Under the pieces are notes generated by a model, which was not told the DNA's origin, ran no database searches, and saw only the letters and a program-made list of their open reading frames with translations. Of a stretch of 64,000 nucleotides of DNA, positions 39,701 to 45,479 are shown one piece after another. The position numbers and the translations under genes were made by a program. Where the stretch lies: NCBI GenBank assembly GCA_903813345.2, contig CAIIXF020000001.1:29016001-29080000 (forward strand), given 5' to 3'. Source of the DNA: Owenia fusiformis (lineage: Eukaryota). Every line of letters starts with the position of its first letter. Position 1 is the stretch's first letter.

Positions 39701-42700
39701 TTTTTGACCCCTTAGGTCATACAGAAACATTTTATGGATTAAAAGAATATGGAGATGCAATGTTTGTAAATCCCATTCGTGTTCAAGGTTTGAACAGTTC
39801 AAATTGTGGACAATATTGTATCATGTATATATTATTGAGAACTTTAGGGTATAGTTTAGATGAAATTGTAAACACTTTCAGTGTGTCTAATAACATGGAT
39901 TTTGTAGTAGAATCTATCATTTCTACCTTAAAAATGTTAATATTACATCAATTGTAAAGAAAATTGTAAAATAAATTTAAGATTGGATATAATGTCTATA
40001 TCAAACAAAAATGTTGTGTTATTGATTTGTTATGCTTCCATTTTAAAATTCAGTCCTCACCCATTTAGATAACAATGATGTCATGCGCATCTTATCTCTC
40101 ACCCATTTAAGATAACAATGATGTCATGCGTATCTTATCTCTCACCCATTTAAGATGAAAGCCCCATCCAATTAATTTATCTCCTAATCCCCATTCAATT
40201 AATTTATCTCCTGCTCATCAATATCTCCTGCTCATCTTCAGAGATTTTGAAAGCCCCGGGCCCGTGGCGGCCCGTGGCGTTCTGATGCCCTCAGTTTTCT
40301 ATCTACTATCAATGTAACATTTTCGAAGGGAAACTTACATGCTCCCTGTACGTTGACAGATTTACTGAAATGTATCGTGTATTGCATTAAGTTTTGCTTC
40401 ACTGCGCCCACTATTATCTATCTTTGCCTATAGTGGTTTTTTGCCAACAATATTCTACAAACTGCTTGATGAATTAATTCTATGTCTGGTAGAACACTAA
40501 AAATAAATGTAAAATGTATTTTACGTTCAGAAATATGGAATTAAACCCACGTCCTCCATTTGCAACTTAGCTGTACCCTGTCTCCCTTTTAAACGTGGTC
40601 ACGTGGTAGGGTAGTGTGAAAATGAAAGTTACTTACAGAGAGCTATACACAGACCTGAGGATTATGGCACAAAATGCACTTACAAAAAGCTGTATGAAAC
40701 ATTGGTTGTTGTATGCAGGAAGGTAGCATTCTTCTGTTCAGGTTCCCAAGAGACATGTCCATCATTCCAGTTATTAAACCTAGCACGAAAATGTGTTGGT
40801 TTCACTGGTTTCCCTGGAAAAGATAAGGCAATAATATAATGTGGTGCCTTTCATAGAGTGATATGCATATATATGTAAAATATCACTTTTACAAAGAATC
40901 TGTTGTAAGGCAATGAAAAAACTGTACAGTGCCTGTATATTCTATCAGATGCTTATAGATTAAAAGATGTCATAAGAACAAAAATGCTCAAATTGAATGA
41001 TCACAAAAAGAAACTGAAACCATCAATGGTACTACATAGTTCCTGGATGAAGTTGGATAAATGTGACATCTTTTTAACGCACTTGTATTGCTACCATTGT
41101 ATAAGATTACTATAAAAGGGGTCTCTTCAGATGCCTTTGCACAGCATCAGATGCTTTTATCAAAAATTGCAAGAAAAATTTTAACAGAACAAAGTCTGAA
41201 AGTTAGCTACATTTCATTCATTTACTTCTTTTATATTTCTAATTAGAATTTTGATCAAAAAAATAAAAGTCTATTCAAGTAACTTGAGTATATATACAAC
41301 CACACAATAACGTAAATTACAAGAAATGTTCAATCCTTCACAGAAATAATGTCTCATCAGGTTTAAAGGTAATTATCACTAGGTTCAATTCACTTGAGAA
41401 AAGTTATATATATTTTAAAATGCAAATAATATACTGCCCTTTACTACTTTACACAATGAGAGATTTCTTCATGTTCTTCTAAGAACAACAAGTATAATTT
41501 GAAATACAGATAAAACACTTTTAAACTACATGTACATTCTGACATTGAAGTGAATAAGATAAGAATCATTTTATTCTGAAGTACTGGTATATCAAAGATT
41601 CCATGTGGTAATATTAGAACAGCCCTTCAGCATAGTTCAATTATTAGGTATTTGACTATGAACTATTATGAACTATGACTATTATGAAGGAATGACACAG
41701 GTTCAAGATAATTCCTCTAGGTTGTTCAGAATACTATCATGCCATAGCCAGCTTTTGCCTCAGGAGTTTGATTTTTGACAAAAATCCAGGCAGTTTGACA
41801 ATGTTGGCCCAAAATCACTTAAAATATGCTCAAAATGGTAAAGACTGCTCAAATAATATGTTTGCCAATGAAAAATATTTTTGAACGAGAGGACCATGTT
41901 AAAGGAAATTACATTATGTCTTATCATTTATTTGAGTCTACAAGTACAAGTACTTCCTTTAGTACATGCAAATAAAAAGGTTTCTGCTGAACACTCTAAT
42001 CAGGTTTAATATTTAAACCAAGCTTTTGCAGTTTAAAATTCTCATTATTCCAATATATAGCATTTTGAATAAAAGCTAAACATAAAGTTGAAGACTAAAG
42101 TGACTGTTTATCTCATGACACAAAGTTCAATCGCAGGTATCAATACTCTAGCAATCAAAAAAATTTCGCATCAAATTGTCAATCAGGGCTTTTTATAAAA
42201 AACCTCCTACCTCATACCCACCTACCCACCTACGTGGGACATGATACAGTCATTGAAGGGTTCAATTTTAAAGATTATTAAATATCAAAATAGCTCAAAT
42301 TATTAACATTTCTACAATTCCGGCTTTATTTTATGACTAGACAGATGGCAGATCCATAAATAAAGGCATATGGGTACATTTAGTGTGTAATGACCCAAGG
42401 GTGCCCCAGGGGAATAACTAACTAACGACTGAGCATAGGTCCAACAAGCCAGATAAAGAAATTGAAAGAAAGTGTACTAAATTCGATGCCCCGAGTGAAA
42501 ATCGAAACTTACTGGGCTGTAGTAGCAACTTGCTATCAAGGGTTGTTACAAATGCATCTATAATCCATCATTAAATAAGATTTAATAAACTAAGATCTTT
42601 AAAATTGAACCCTTCAAAGACTTAAAGTCCGTGGTATGAGGTAGGAGGTTTTTTATACAAAGCTGTCAATCAGTCAACATTACATAAAATACTGTGTTTT

Positions 42701-43848
42701 TTTACAAAATGTTTTCAATGATTGGTTTAAGAGAAAAACATTGTTGAATTCAGTTCTCCATATCGATACCAATCCTTTTTAATTTAATAATTTATAATTA
42801 TTATTACTAAAGGGGCCATCTTTATTGGCTCACCCTGCAAAAACCAATGAATCTAGTCTTCCAACTTTCCAACTACAGATAAAATAAAACATGCAAGATG
42901 TTAACAAACAACCTATAACATTACAGTGTAGAGGTTTTACAAAAATTGTAGAAGATAGAGTAAAAATTGTTGTCATACTTCCTATTGTAGCCACCTGAGA
43001 TCCAATCAGTCTTGGTTTCATATTTTCCTCACTGGTGCTTTGGTTCAGGTAACAATAAAATGGGTACCTCCCAGTGTATTGTCCTGTCATATTCTCTTTG
43101 TATGTCATTATAGTAGGAGACAGGATCGTATAGAATTCTGATGAGATTACTTTGGAGCCAGCTTGAAAATAGAGGTGGCTTGAGTTGAAGGGGGCAACAT
43201 CCCCCGTCAATGTACAGTTTAGTTCAATATAACTTCCAAGCTCAACTAGAGGATTCATTGGTGTTACTTCTGAAAAGACAAGAATGAACAATTTGTTAAG
43301 AGTGTAATCCTTCAAAATCAAAGTATCAAACTATAGTTATAAAAAGTGAGCAAAACACAAAGTGAACAAGATCACCCCATCAAATAAGCATTTTAAGCAA
43401 TGCCCAGAAAAATGGCACTAGATAGAATATGAAGGTTTGCAAAAGATTCTCCCCATTTTTTATTTGACAGCCATTCTTTTAAAAAAAATGTTTGCGTCCA
43501 ACCATTTACCAGTATACATCTTTGCACAAAATATGAAGAAAATCAGTACACTTATACTAGTAAGTGTGTTTGTATGACAGACAGGGACAGATGAATGAAC
43601 ATTAATGAAATCAAGGAATGAAATAGTTAGATACAAGTAGAATATAAACTGATCTAAGGACAGATGGTCAATCACCAATAGAGACAAGGGAGAGATAGCA
43701 ATGAACCATTTAGCAAAAAAAACATATAAGAATGTGCACTTTGAAGAATTCAATACTTACTTCCAGGACTTGATATAAAGAATCCTTGCAATAAAACTTG
43801 GGATATGACTAAGAATACCACATTTATCTGAGTCCAATGTAAGGCCAT
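618..43848 (-). CDS. dome: Domeless/gp130-like type I cytokine receptor, spliced, 14 coding exons in window, 3' end outside window
   Basis: GT-AG exons with compatible phases: 43848-43761, 43269-42979, 40813-40684, 20089-19899, 16890-16745, 5628-5469, 5157-5063, 4724-4484, 3791-3655, 2776-2623, 2366-2211, 1947-1795, 1122-1035, 714-618. Architecture: signal peptide, Ig, cytokine-binding module with degenerate WSxWS (EAWSD), FN3 repeats (LHPYQDYTF; SGINWADC resembles a Domeless motif), TM. Orthology to dome is inferred, not tested. Confidence 0.8.
1035..1122 (-). CDS. Receptor exon, transmembrane helix
   Basis: LRPWHWGLIAAVSVFVVLLAGIGLRVCL; phase 1-2. Confidence 0.88.
1795..1947 (-). CDS. Receptor exon, membrane-proximal FN3
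   Basis: KVHIVTGANKLRVTIPGVPEGKYCVEMSSYSEGGHQSYQSKCVIATSRFT; phase 1-1. Confidence 0.85.
2211..2366 (-). CDS. Receptor exon, FN3
   Basis: RVEAPKGIVAINDSDVSESLTVSWEPYLCSEMKSPVLGWTIFYYPHNVISN; phase 1-1. Confidence 0.85.
2623..2776 (-). CDS. Receptor exon, FN3
   Basis: IPIVSQVLENG...YGVSVFNGKIHSGINWADCLYDYSI; phase 0-1. Confidence 0.85.
2898..3030 (+). repeat. Dispersed repeat, second copy at ~45537-45668
   Basis: Shared GCGAGTAGGTAGTTAC...CACCACCAGGTGGCTCATTCGGGTCAGATAGC. Confidence 0.75.
3655..3791 (-). CDS. Receptor exon, FN3
   Basis: FPVQQLVAFSDVNNITVTF...TIFYCPRVAFNDKVCNEK; phase 1-0. Confidence 0.85.
4484..4724 (-). CDS. Receptor exon, FN3
   Basis: DIPQEDKNGILIDCRV...YRLVVECRTEVGYS...EQ; phase 0-1. 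Confidence 0.85.
5063..5157 (-). CDS. Receptor exon, FN3
   Basis: PARGPGVHGGGFETRDVNPSDSTRTAVVYWE; phase 1-0. Confidence 0.85.
5469..5628 (-). CDS. Receptor exon, FN3 C-half with WSxWS-like motif
   Basis: NAGETDGTWFLVEGLHPYQDYTFDVAVKVASRNSSDPEAWSDSKQDKARTKQD; phase 0-1. Confidence 0.88.
5829..6543. mobile_element. PIF/Harbinger-like MITE (ends approximate)
   Basis: Imperfect TIR ..TTTACACT / AGTGTAAA.. with repeated CTAAAACGTTTTAG and TAAGACGTCTTA palindromes. Confidence 0.55.
6565..7062. mobile_element. Fold-back MITE with CAC...GTG ends and 6-bp TSD
   Basis: Nearly the whole element is self-complementary; TTACCT at 6559-6564 and 7063-7068. Confidence 0.88.
7200..8071 (-). repeat. 3' LTR
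   Basis: TGTTACG...TGTAACA; no differences from 11674-12545 noticed by eye; minus-strand TATAAAAA at 7764-7771 and AATAAA at 7692-7697. Confidence 0.95.
8072..8082 (-). promoter_or_regulatory. Polypurine tract
   Basis: AAGGAGGGAGG immediately before the 3' LTR. Confidence 0.88.
8695..11568 (-). CDS. Gag (SCAN-like capsid, CCHC knuckle)-aspartic protease-integrase (intact HHCC, degenerate core) polyprotein
   Basis: First ATG at 11568; LKAYELVPEAYRQKFR, CNYCKKPGHLISEC, ILRDTGASQTLL, HDSRMAGHLG...CRSCHTC, IDCVGPLP. Confidence 0.92.
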   Translation of the reverse strand: MSFEVETFLEAPSLEEFDKLKKSELLAIAKHVGLSIKSSYNKSTIKNFVLQYLVAESLLTEQPAQHVEQDPIRLKELEFPQKLQLRELELKFQNEMREKEMQQEFELKQLELQAKYKYEEHALEHQCFKNRFDAAENIELVPKFEENNVDKYFPHFEKVALCLDWPKSAWPVMLQSKLTGKASEVYSALSIEASSDYDQVKKAVLKAYELVPEAYRQKFRYTYKQDDQTYVEFARKQEQFFDRWLVSKDASEDFKKLRELMLIEQFKNCVQRRIRTYLDEHKVETLSQAATLSDDYALTHKGSFIKGNPNYRGYQGNKPSYDTKSNQSSSSNASNKAKDQSNSSQSSSSKSDQSNSSGPKSNVTCNYCKKPGHLISECYRIKNRREMSGSAHSNGCATVPISRKPIVWDSYTHTEKSTHSDIMEEYKPFMSEGSVSLSSDGTNSKPIKILRDTGASQTLLLKGVLPLSEESFTGTHILMQGIELGFTKVPLHRIHITSELVKGPVIVGVRPQLPVEGVALLLGNDLAGGKVSLDPIVSDQPCSIEDSFQEDSDIYPACAVTRAMAKKLANSGDSSVGDDFDSGFLSSLFDDECHSPLVKDGPYPILKANSSLKQPSVQAKQRSNEAYSSLKKPIARGDSPSEQDHYFNAVSPALASPDEVSSSSASVHEVSSPPCSEVSSSSSSEVSSSISDSDSLKNDPHSKHMLIYEQEHDPSLIDLHKRCLTIDEADKVPVCFYKKDGILMRKWRPPEASPEDDWAIVHQIVVPKLYHKEILSLAHDSRMAGHLGVTKTYHKILNHFYWPKLKQDVQEYCRSCHTCQMVGKPNQKTSIAPLQLIPAFDEPFSKVLIDCVGPLPKAKSYNQYLLTILSMATQFLEIKSHLMLRNTKTKYIVKSQINNYTLVELPKELISDLQSDSVLNDFFCIDKTTPVRCKELHMMKKYVERDKISLLNMSLRS
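11651..11668 (-). promoter_or_regulatory. Primer-binding site, tRNA-Pro
   Basis: TGGGGGCTCGTCCGGGAT, the 18-nt complement of the tRNA-Pro 3' end. Confidence 0.92.
11674..12545 (-). repeat. 5' LTR
   Basis: Direct repeat of 7200-8071; followed on the minus strand by the PBS. Confidence 0.95.
13936..14434. mobile_element. Tc1/mariner-type MITE
   Basis: CTGTAAAACGGGTA / TACCCGTTTTACAG with TA TSD; internal CGCTAAAA repeats. Confidence 0.8.
15135..15180. repeat. (GGCG)n/(GGAC)n microsatellite
   Basis: Direct reading. Confidence 0.9.
16745..16890 (-). CDS. Receptor exon, FN3 N-half
   Basis: VPYAVNKVKLIVESSVAINVTWEPNGDKSISPIMYRVLYKRDDKHQWQ; phase 1-0. Confidence 0.85.
19075..19254. mobile_element. 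CAGTGG(C/T)GGATC-type MITE
   Basis: TIR CAGTGGTGGATCC / GGATCCGCCACTG; flanking TCATT; related to 56883-57176. Confidence 0.75.
19407..19778. repeat. Two adjacent palindromic (fold-back) repeats
   Basis: TTATAACATACCTATGATGATGTA / TACATCATCATAGGTATGTTATAA and TTATGTCACTATCGT / ACGATAGTGACATAA. Confidence 0.7.
19899..20089 (-). CDS. Receptor exon, Cys-rich part of cytokine-binding module
   Basis: HPNFGGLTPCSSEDGEDKSNCICSSNHCNFTHISARLYLYLQIDCINDIGKTTARESIDMEAN; phase 2-1. Confidence 0.82.
20151..20337 (-). pseudogene. Tandem paralogous receptor exon, frameshifted by an 8-bp insertion
   Basis: Same splice phases (2-1) as exon 19899-20089 once 8 bp of the duplication at 20238-20252 is removed; restored peptide FRGKLHQCGGTESMCSCTENYCYFSRIVASQQILYLFLTIRNELG aligns with the neighbouring exon. 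Confidence 0.72.
20528..21429 (-). mobile_element. Degenerate Tc1/mariner element with transposase remnant
   Basis: TA-CAGTGCGTATC imperfect ~60-bp TIRs; SPDLNCCDFFIWSYL motif in ORF 21127-21318. Confidence 0.78.
22846..23696. mobile_element. AcademH-like non-autonomous element, copy 1
   Basis: 851 bp; TAGT...ACTA termini; 9-bp TSD AGGCTACTG. Confidence 0.82.
23770..26135. repeat. Tandem array of ~330-350-bp units, interrupted by an insertion
   Basis: Units start near 23776, 24126, 24463, 25616, 25946. Confidence 0.85.
24655..25472 (+). mobile_element. Helentron/DINE-1-like non-autonomous element
   Basis: Inserted at TT within one array unit; 5' hairpin ATCCC...GGGAT, (GTCC/GTCA)n tract, AAGATGGCCGCC core. 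Confidence 0.65.
28122..28421 (+). pseudogene. Probable remnant of the ISL2EU second (exonuclease-type) ORF N-terminus
   Basis: LTTSDVDGSTF...ECIKWLLCRNIK resembles the SAP-like WLxCR segment recalled from these ORFs; convergent to the transposase. Confidence 0.5.
30175..30518 (-). pseudogene. DDE_Tnp_4 (Harbinger/ISL2EU) transposase C-terminal remnant, frameshifted
   Basis: AMADKGFLIKDLL...LNIPPFL...IAAERIHIERSI then, in another frame, KVKGNHIFDRPI...NQIW...FQPPII. Confidence 0.85.
32336..32588 (+). repeat. Left TIR of the Polinton-like element
   Basis: Reverse complement of 40056-40307 with a single 1-nt indel near the inner end; internal ~42-bp tandem units. Confidence 0.95.
33471..34101 (+). 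repeat. TGTTCAC-core minisatellite (10/13-bp modules)
   Basis: Shuffled TGTTCACAAA, TGTTCACTGA and TGTTCACTAGTAT units. Confidence 0.92.
34208..35812 (+). CDS. A32/FtsK-type genome-packaging ATPase fused to zinc fingers, a helical domain and an acidic tail (ORF open from 34094)
   Basis: Walker A GPTGSGKS, Walker B LVIFDD, RGSHHRN, SLNSHYIVLYKNPRD; C2H2 CECGKTF...H...H; second CDDC...H...C. Confidence 0.9.
   Translation: MSKISSYSCECGKTFSHATSMYRHKRIDHALQKSIINSPNRQHDMGIYSTIPAMTSTKSKVLYHPFTMMVVGPTGSGKSTYIKELIDHADTTISPTPQKIIWCYSQWQPLYDNIKTINSNIEFMMGIPDELSNPDFLDVNQRNLVIFDDLMSDISKDTRIADLYTRGSHHRNLSVICLMQNLFPCGRESRTLSLNSHYIVLYKNPRDRQQISVLAHQMYPGKSHKLLDAYEKATHQPFSYLLVDLKQETPESMRLYNPSTTSNIMLQKPLSKQSLNRGIQSQQLESNGNIPNHAVPETPQINAEGTSMYDIKTGTSPYSSHCGCDDMVSCDDCGLVFESIHDLQHHVKNWCQGHPTKKMKIETNAQTNKEEDDDLRLNETFVYLKNLARNDNEKDYDHKVKEYIDRGNNEKEAIEKAEKKLVQMDKEIFMKHYKKVLKQVFGLADNVLHRNIVDEVNDMLMRGVSRDLAIRKILVKNEHKFSELFIDTDEEDNSDEESTDEEKSDNYDESNANEEFTDEEQSNDYDESNSESSS
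35877..36920 (+). CDS. Retroviral-like (c-integrase) DDE integrase; chromodomain continues in +1 frame to 36966
   Basis: WDADL, IRSDAGQEF, SERFIKTLK; YKIEKVLKQR...EYLVH then frameshifted KYWPKKFDSWV. Confidence 0.93.
   Translation: MEKYVEKNYYDTSKPASFSGPKKLHRTLQKVGFDVSYYQVKKWLDSQEAYSLQRPYRRRFRRNKVYVSYIDQQWDADLMDVSNMSSENDGIRFILVVIDIMSRFAFVRPLKNKTGQAVADAFDDIFKEGRVPDVIRSDAGQEFRAKRVQTLLRRWGVRHFVTRNTSKANYSERFIKTLKTKIMRYITYKQNLRYIDNLQDFVKSYNATHHRSIKKAPQDVSKDDELNIWWRMYYPKSIIKSQTKSKQIFKFPIGAQVRITQARHVFTREYDQHWTGEIFKISARFIRQGLPLYRLKDFEGEEIKGTFYQPELQRVHIDEDNLYKIEKVLKQRTKQGQKEYLVHEILA
37066..37368 (+). CDS. Small putative type I membrane protein, unknown function
   Basis: 100 aa; N-terminal hydrophobic stretch, Ser/Thr-rich linker with NAT sequon, second hydrophobic stretch followed by KKQK; follows a TATA box and abuts the next gene. 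Confidence 0.6.
   Translation: MKYQSVRFYCILVHIFKVLLAEENATSLARISASTPSNILAIEEISISNLAIGSTSVSFMILMFYYLKKQKHENYNITKFAKLYEIIQKSNSDTDFSTSV
37372..37788 (+). CDS. Minor capsid (penton/PX-like) protein, compact
   Basis: FYLSSTDSTNIYPNNTASEFTVKLP...LKGKWKIGLVDI and C-terminal ...VSF...TLHLK match recalled Polinton minor-capsid patterns. Confidence 0.72.
   Translation: MDKDIYFYLSSTDSTNIYPNNTASEFTVKLPRYFYLKGKWKIGLVDIQLPPLDSNDALLYLDVFCDLCIESVVDGNVQPILRRIPKDYSWLSFNQVLYKDVGNWEFDRIHVYIRGNGNTLVSFKDKPLTCTLHLKQVS
37785..38141 (+). CDS. Basic putative core/DNA-condensing protein with QxGxG protease site
   Basis: ATG overlaps upstream TGA (ATGA); QTGRG motif; Lys/Arg-rich C-terminus. Confidence 0.6.
   Translation: MKLVPYVDRPEHWLKLIRAGRQNRLKVSQTGRGWISEDDIKDEPKQIISPMQAVVERAKATLKRQHSNESHESNESRDTIRKKKRVYKSKRNSKSSVNKKSPQEYKRRSTKTSQKRKK
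38163..39509 (+). CDS. Major capsid protein (double jelly-roll, PY/hexon-like)
   Basis: 448 aa; LQLFNTPPTE...YVEYRP...PIEF, YPYKSML, YLINGV, LFQGRVP, GNYKLNPYNF motifs. Confidence 0.88.
   Translation: MAYKLMNSADVMNGKLQLFNTPPTESSVVRRNYVEYRPINPIDSESPIEFILPNNTSQFIDLQNVKLSVKAQVLKADNSLPKYVDLTDYDSYGPINNWIHSLWSEVEISLQQNNMASSVLNYPYKSMLKTLLTSSKGKLESEGTACLFYMDNGIYPPNGMDATKPLGQGSNNMGLTQRFVKTQGGKVVDMECKFHEDIFSINKYLINGVEVKIKLNHTKNSFRLMTDSNEQYKVKLLDVHLEVPMITVSNGILQAYNTELQERNAVYTYDRNEMKVLSLPSNIYSFNQDDLFQGRVPTRLYCVIVKNAAYQGNYKLNPYNFIHANTSYVEISVDNVPTPFRAFQPKFGSNDSQDKYVHEFTQLFSDLEHNDGLNISIDDFKSGFCIFKFDIGYKDTYSNGEILPLFKKGNVKLDIHFSEATPESLNIILMATFPGKFEVDASRNIIQY
39511..39957 (+). CDS. Adenain-type cysteine maturation protease
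   Basis: FLGVFASDQLP, GQHWV, EFFDPLG, VQGLNSSNCGQYC: catalytic H, D, Q, C present. Confidence 0.92.
   Translation: MNSQDISFILSNHPDTKHRFLGVFASDQLPSIIMDKKCFIANTRPHYEMGQHWVCYYRDSQIEFFDPLGHTETFYGLKEYGDAMFVNPIRVQGLNSSNCGQYCIMYILLRTLGYSLDEIVNTFSVSNNMDFVVESIISTLKMLILHQL
40056..40307 (-). repeat. Right TIR of the Polinton-like element
   Basis: Reverse complement of 32336-32588. Confidence 0.95.
40684..40813 (-). CDS. Receptor exon, N-terminal part of cytokine-binding module
   Basis: KPVKPTHFRARFNNWNDGHVSWEPEQKNATFLHTTTNVSYSF; TTCCAG acceptor, GTAAGT donor; phase 1-2 bridges the flanking exons. Confidence 0.82.
42187..42663. mobile_element. MULE-like MITE
   Basis: TIR containing AAAAAACCTCCTACCTCATACC; 10-bp TSD TGTCAATCAG. 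Confidence 0.75.
42979..43269 (-). CDS. Receptor exon, Ig-like domain
   Basis: VTPMNPLVELGSYIELNCTLTG...YTGRYPFYCYL...VATIG; two Ig cysteines; phase 1-1. Confidence 0.88.
43761..43848 (-). CDS. Receptor coding exon 1 (signal peptide); exon begins at 43872
   Basis: MALHWTQINVVFLVISQVLLQGFFISSPG; acceptor AG at 43873-43874, donor GTAAGT at 43760; ends phase 1. Confidence 0.8.
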
Positions 43849-44600
43849 GTTAGTGTATTTCTACCTCTCAACCTGAAAATAAACATCCATATAATTTAAC
43901 AAAATCTATTACACCTTAAAATATCTATATGCTTTTTAACTATTTTCAGCCTCATTACACAGTTCCTTGGGGTTAGGAAGATAAATGTGAGATGTGTGTA
44001 TACTACCAAGATTTTATCTGGTATAGTGAAATCAATAGTGCAAAAATAGTTCATTCATGGAACGAAGCGTGAAACTTTCCACATATCATCAGAATACCAT
44101 TCCCTTTGATTTAAGAGCCAGAGCCATTTTTATGGTCCACTAGAATGATCAAAAAGTAAGTACCCCCTCTCACCAAATCCCATGGGGGTGGGGAGATATC
44201 GAAATATTTTTTTCATAAAAAATTTCTTTGAATATGGTCATACTACAGTTTTAGAGTGCTATTTTCATGGTAAAGAAATTTTGCAAACATAACAAGATGA
44301 TTACACATTAAAGTCTTCCAAATATGTGTAACTTAACCCCTTTAATGATTGTTGACAGAAATACTAGGGGAGGGGGCAGTGGGTGTATGAAGTATGAAGT
44401 TTGCTATTTCTAGAAAATATATCGTAAGTTACAAAATATATACTGAATAAGATTGTGCTCTATCTGATTTAACCTTGAAACAGTTATAAGTACTTAAATA
44501 GAATCAATTTGTCATTATCAAATCATCATAGTGAACAAGGAAGCAAAATCAATTTACAGCAATGGCAAGTTGCCTGTACAAGTAATCTTTCTTCCTATTA

Positions 44601-45479
44601 CACGGGTAACTAGAGTATCCGCGTATATTGAGTATGACCGGTTCTTAGGCTACGAATATGACCTGTTTTGGAAAGTCATGAGAGGCACAGCTGCTTAAAA
44701 ATGGAAAATAAAGGTTAACTTCTATATTATCCTTTTTGAAATTGTGTTTGTTGAATATAGTTTATGCTGTATTTAATAGTAATGTAACAAAACTGTTAAA
44801 CATGAGCTATTTTAGCAATGTAACTGTTCATAATGGAATATCAATCAGAAAGTACAAATTTCTCGCCTTAGAGCCAAATCATTAATATCACAGTAGAAAA
44901 AAACAAATCCCAAACCTTTTTATGGCTAACCTGAACAAGATCTCCAAATCTCAGTTTATATGATCCCCTGTAGAGTGAGCAAGAGAAGGATTTATCTTTT
45001 CCTAGAGGATACGCTTGTGAAATGTCATGGAAACGAGTGTAACACGGCCCACTGATTGTTTCACAATCGTATTCTCCAATAATGGGGCACCAGTGACAAT
45101 CGTATTCTCAAAAATTCAAAGATGTATCATATTTGGACAGGACAGGCTAAATTATTTAAAATATTCATGACTAATGTCATCCTCTTCGGAGTTGCGTTGT
45201 GTTACACAAAAACTGATCAAAGATGCTGGAAACTAGGATTTTACGGCTTCAATCTAATACTAATACGTTTTCTCTTGATTAAGGCCCCTTGTGATATGCC
45301 TGGCATTATAAGTATACCAAGTATCATTCATTGACCAAGTAGGATAAAAAGAAAACGTTCGAAAGTGTTCATAAAAAGCAAGTACTCACCTCGTCTGTTT
45401 ATAGGAACAGAAATACGGTCACACTCGTAAGCTTAGAACCGGTCATACTCAATATACGCGGATACTCTAGTATCCCGTG
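44601..45479. mobile_element. CACGGG-ended TIR element (Transib/CMC-like)
   Basis: ~60-bp TIRs; flanking TATTA on both sides. Confidence 0.8.

Larger units (their letters stand above)
32336..40307 (+). mobile_element. Polinton/Maverick (adintovirus)-like element lacking pPolB
   Basis: AGTAGATAG...CTATCTACT termini, ~253-bp TIRs, 6-bp TSD ATCAAT (32330-32335, 40308-40313); ATPase, integrase, capsid proteins, protease. Confidence 0.95.

Noticed and set aside
34094-39957. Bacterial prophage or contamination
   Set aside because: Clean TSD/TIR junctions inside a spliced gene; chromodomain integrase, adenain and Polinton-type capsid are eukaryotic-element hallmarks.
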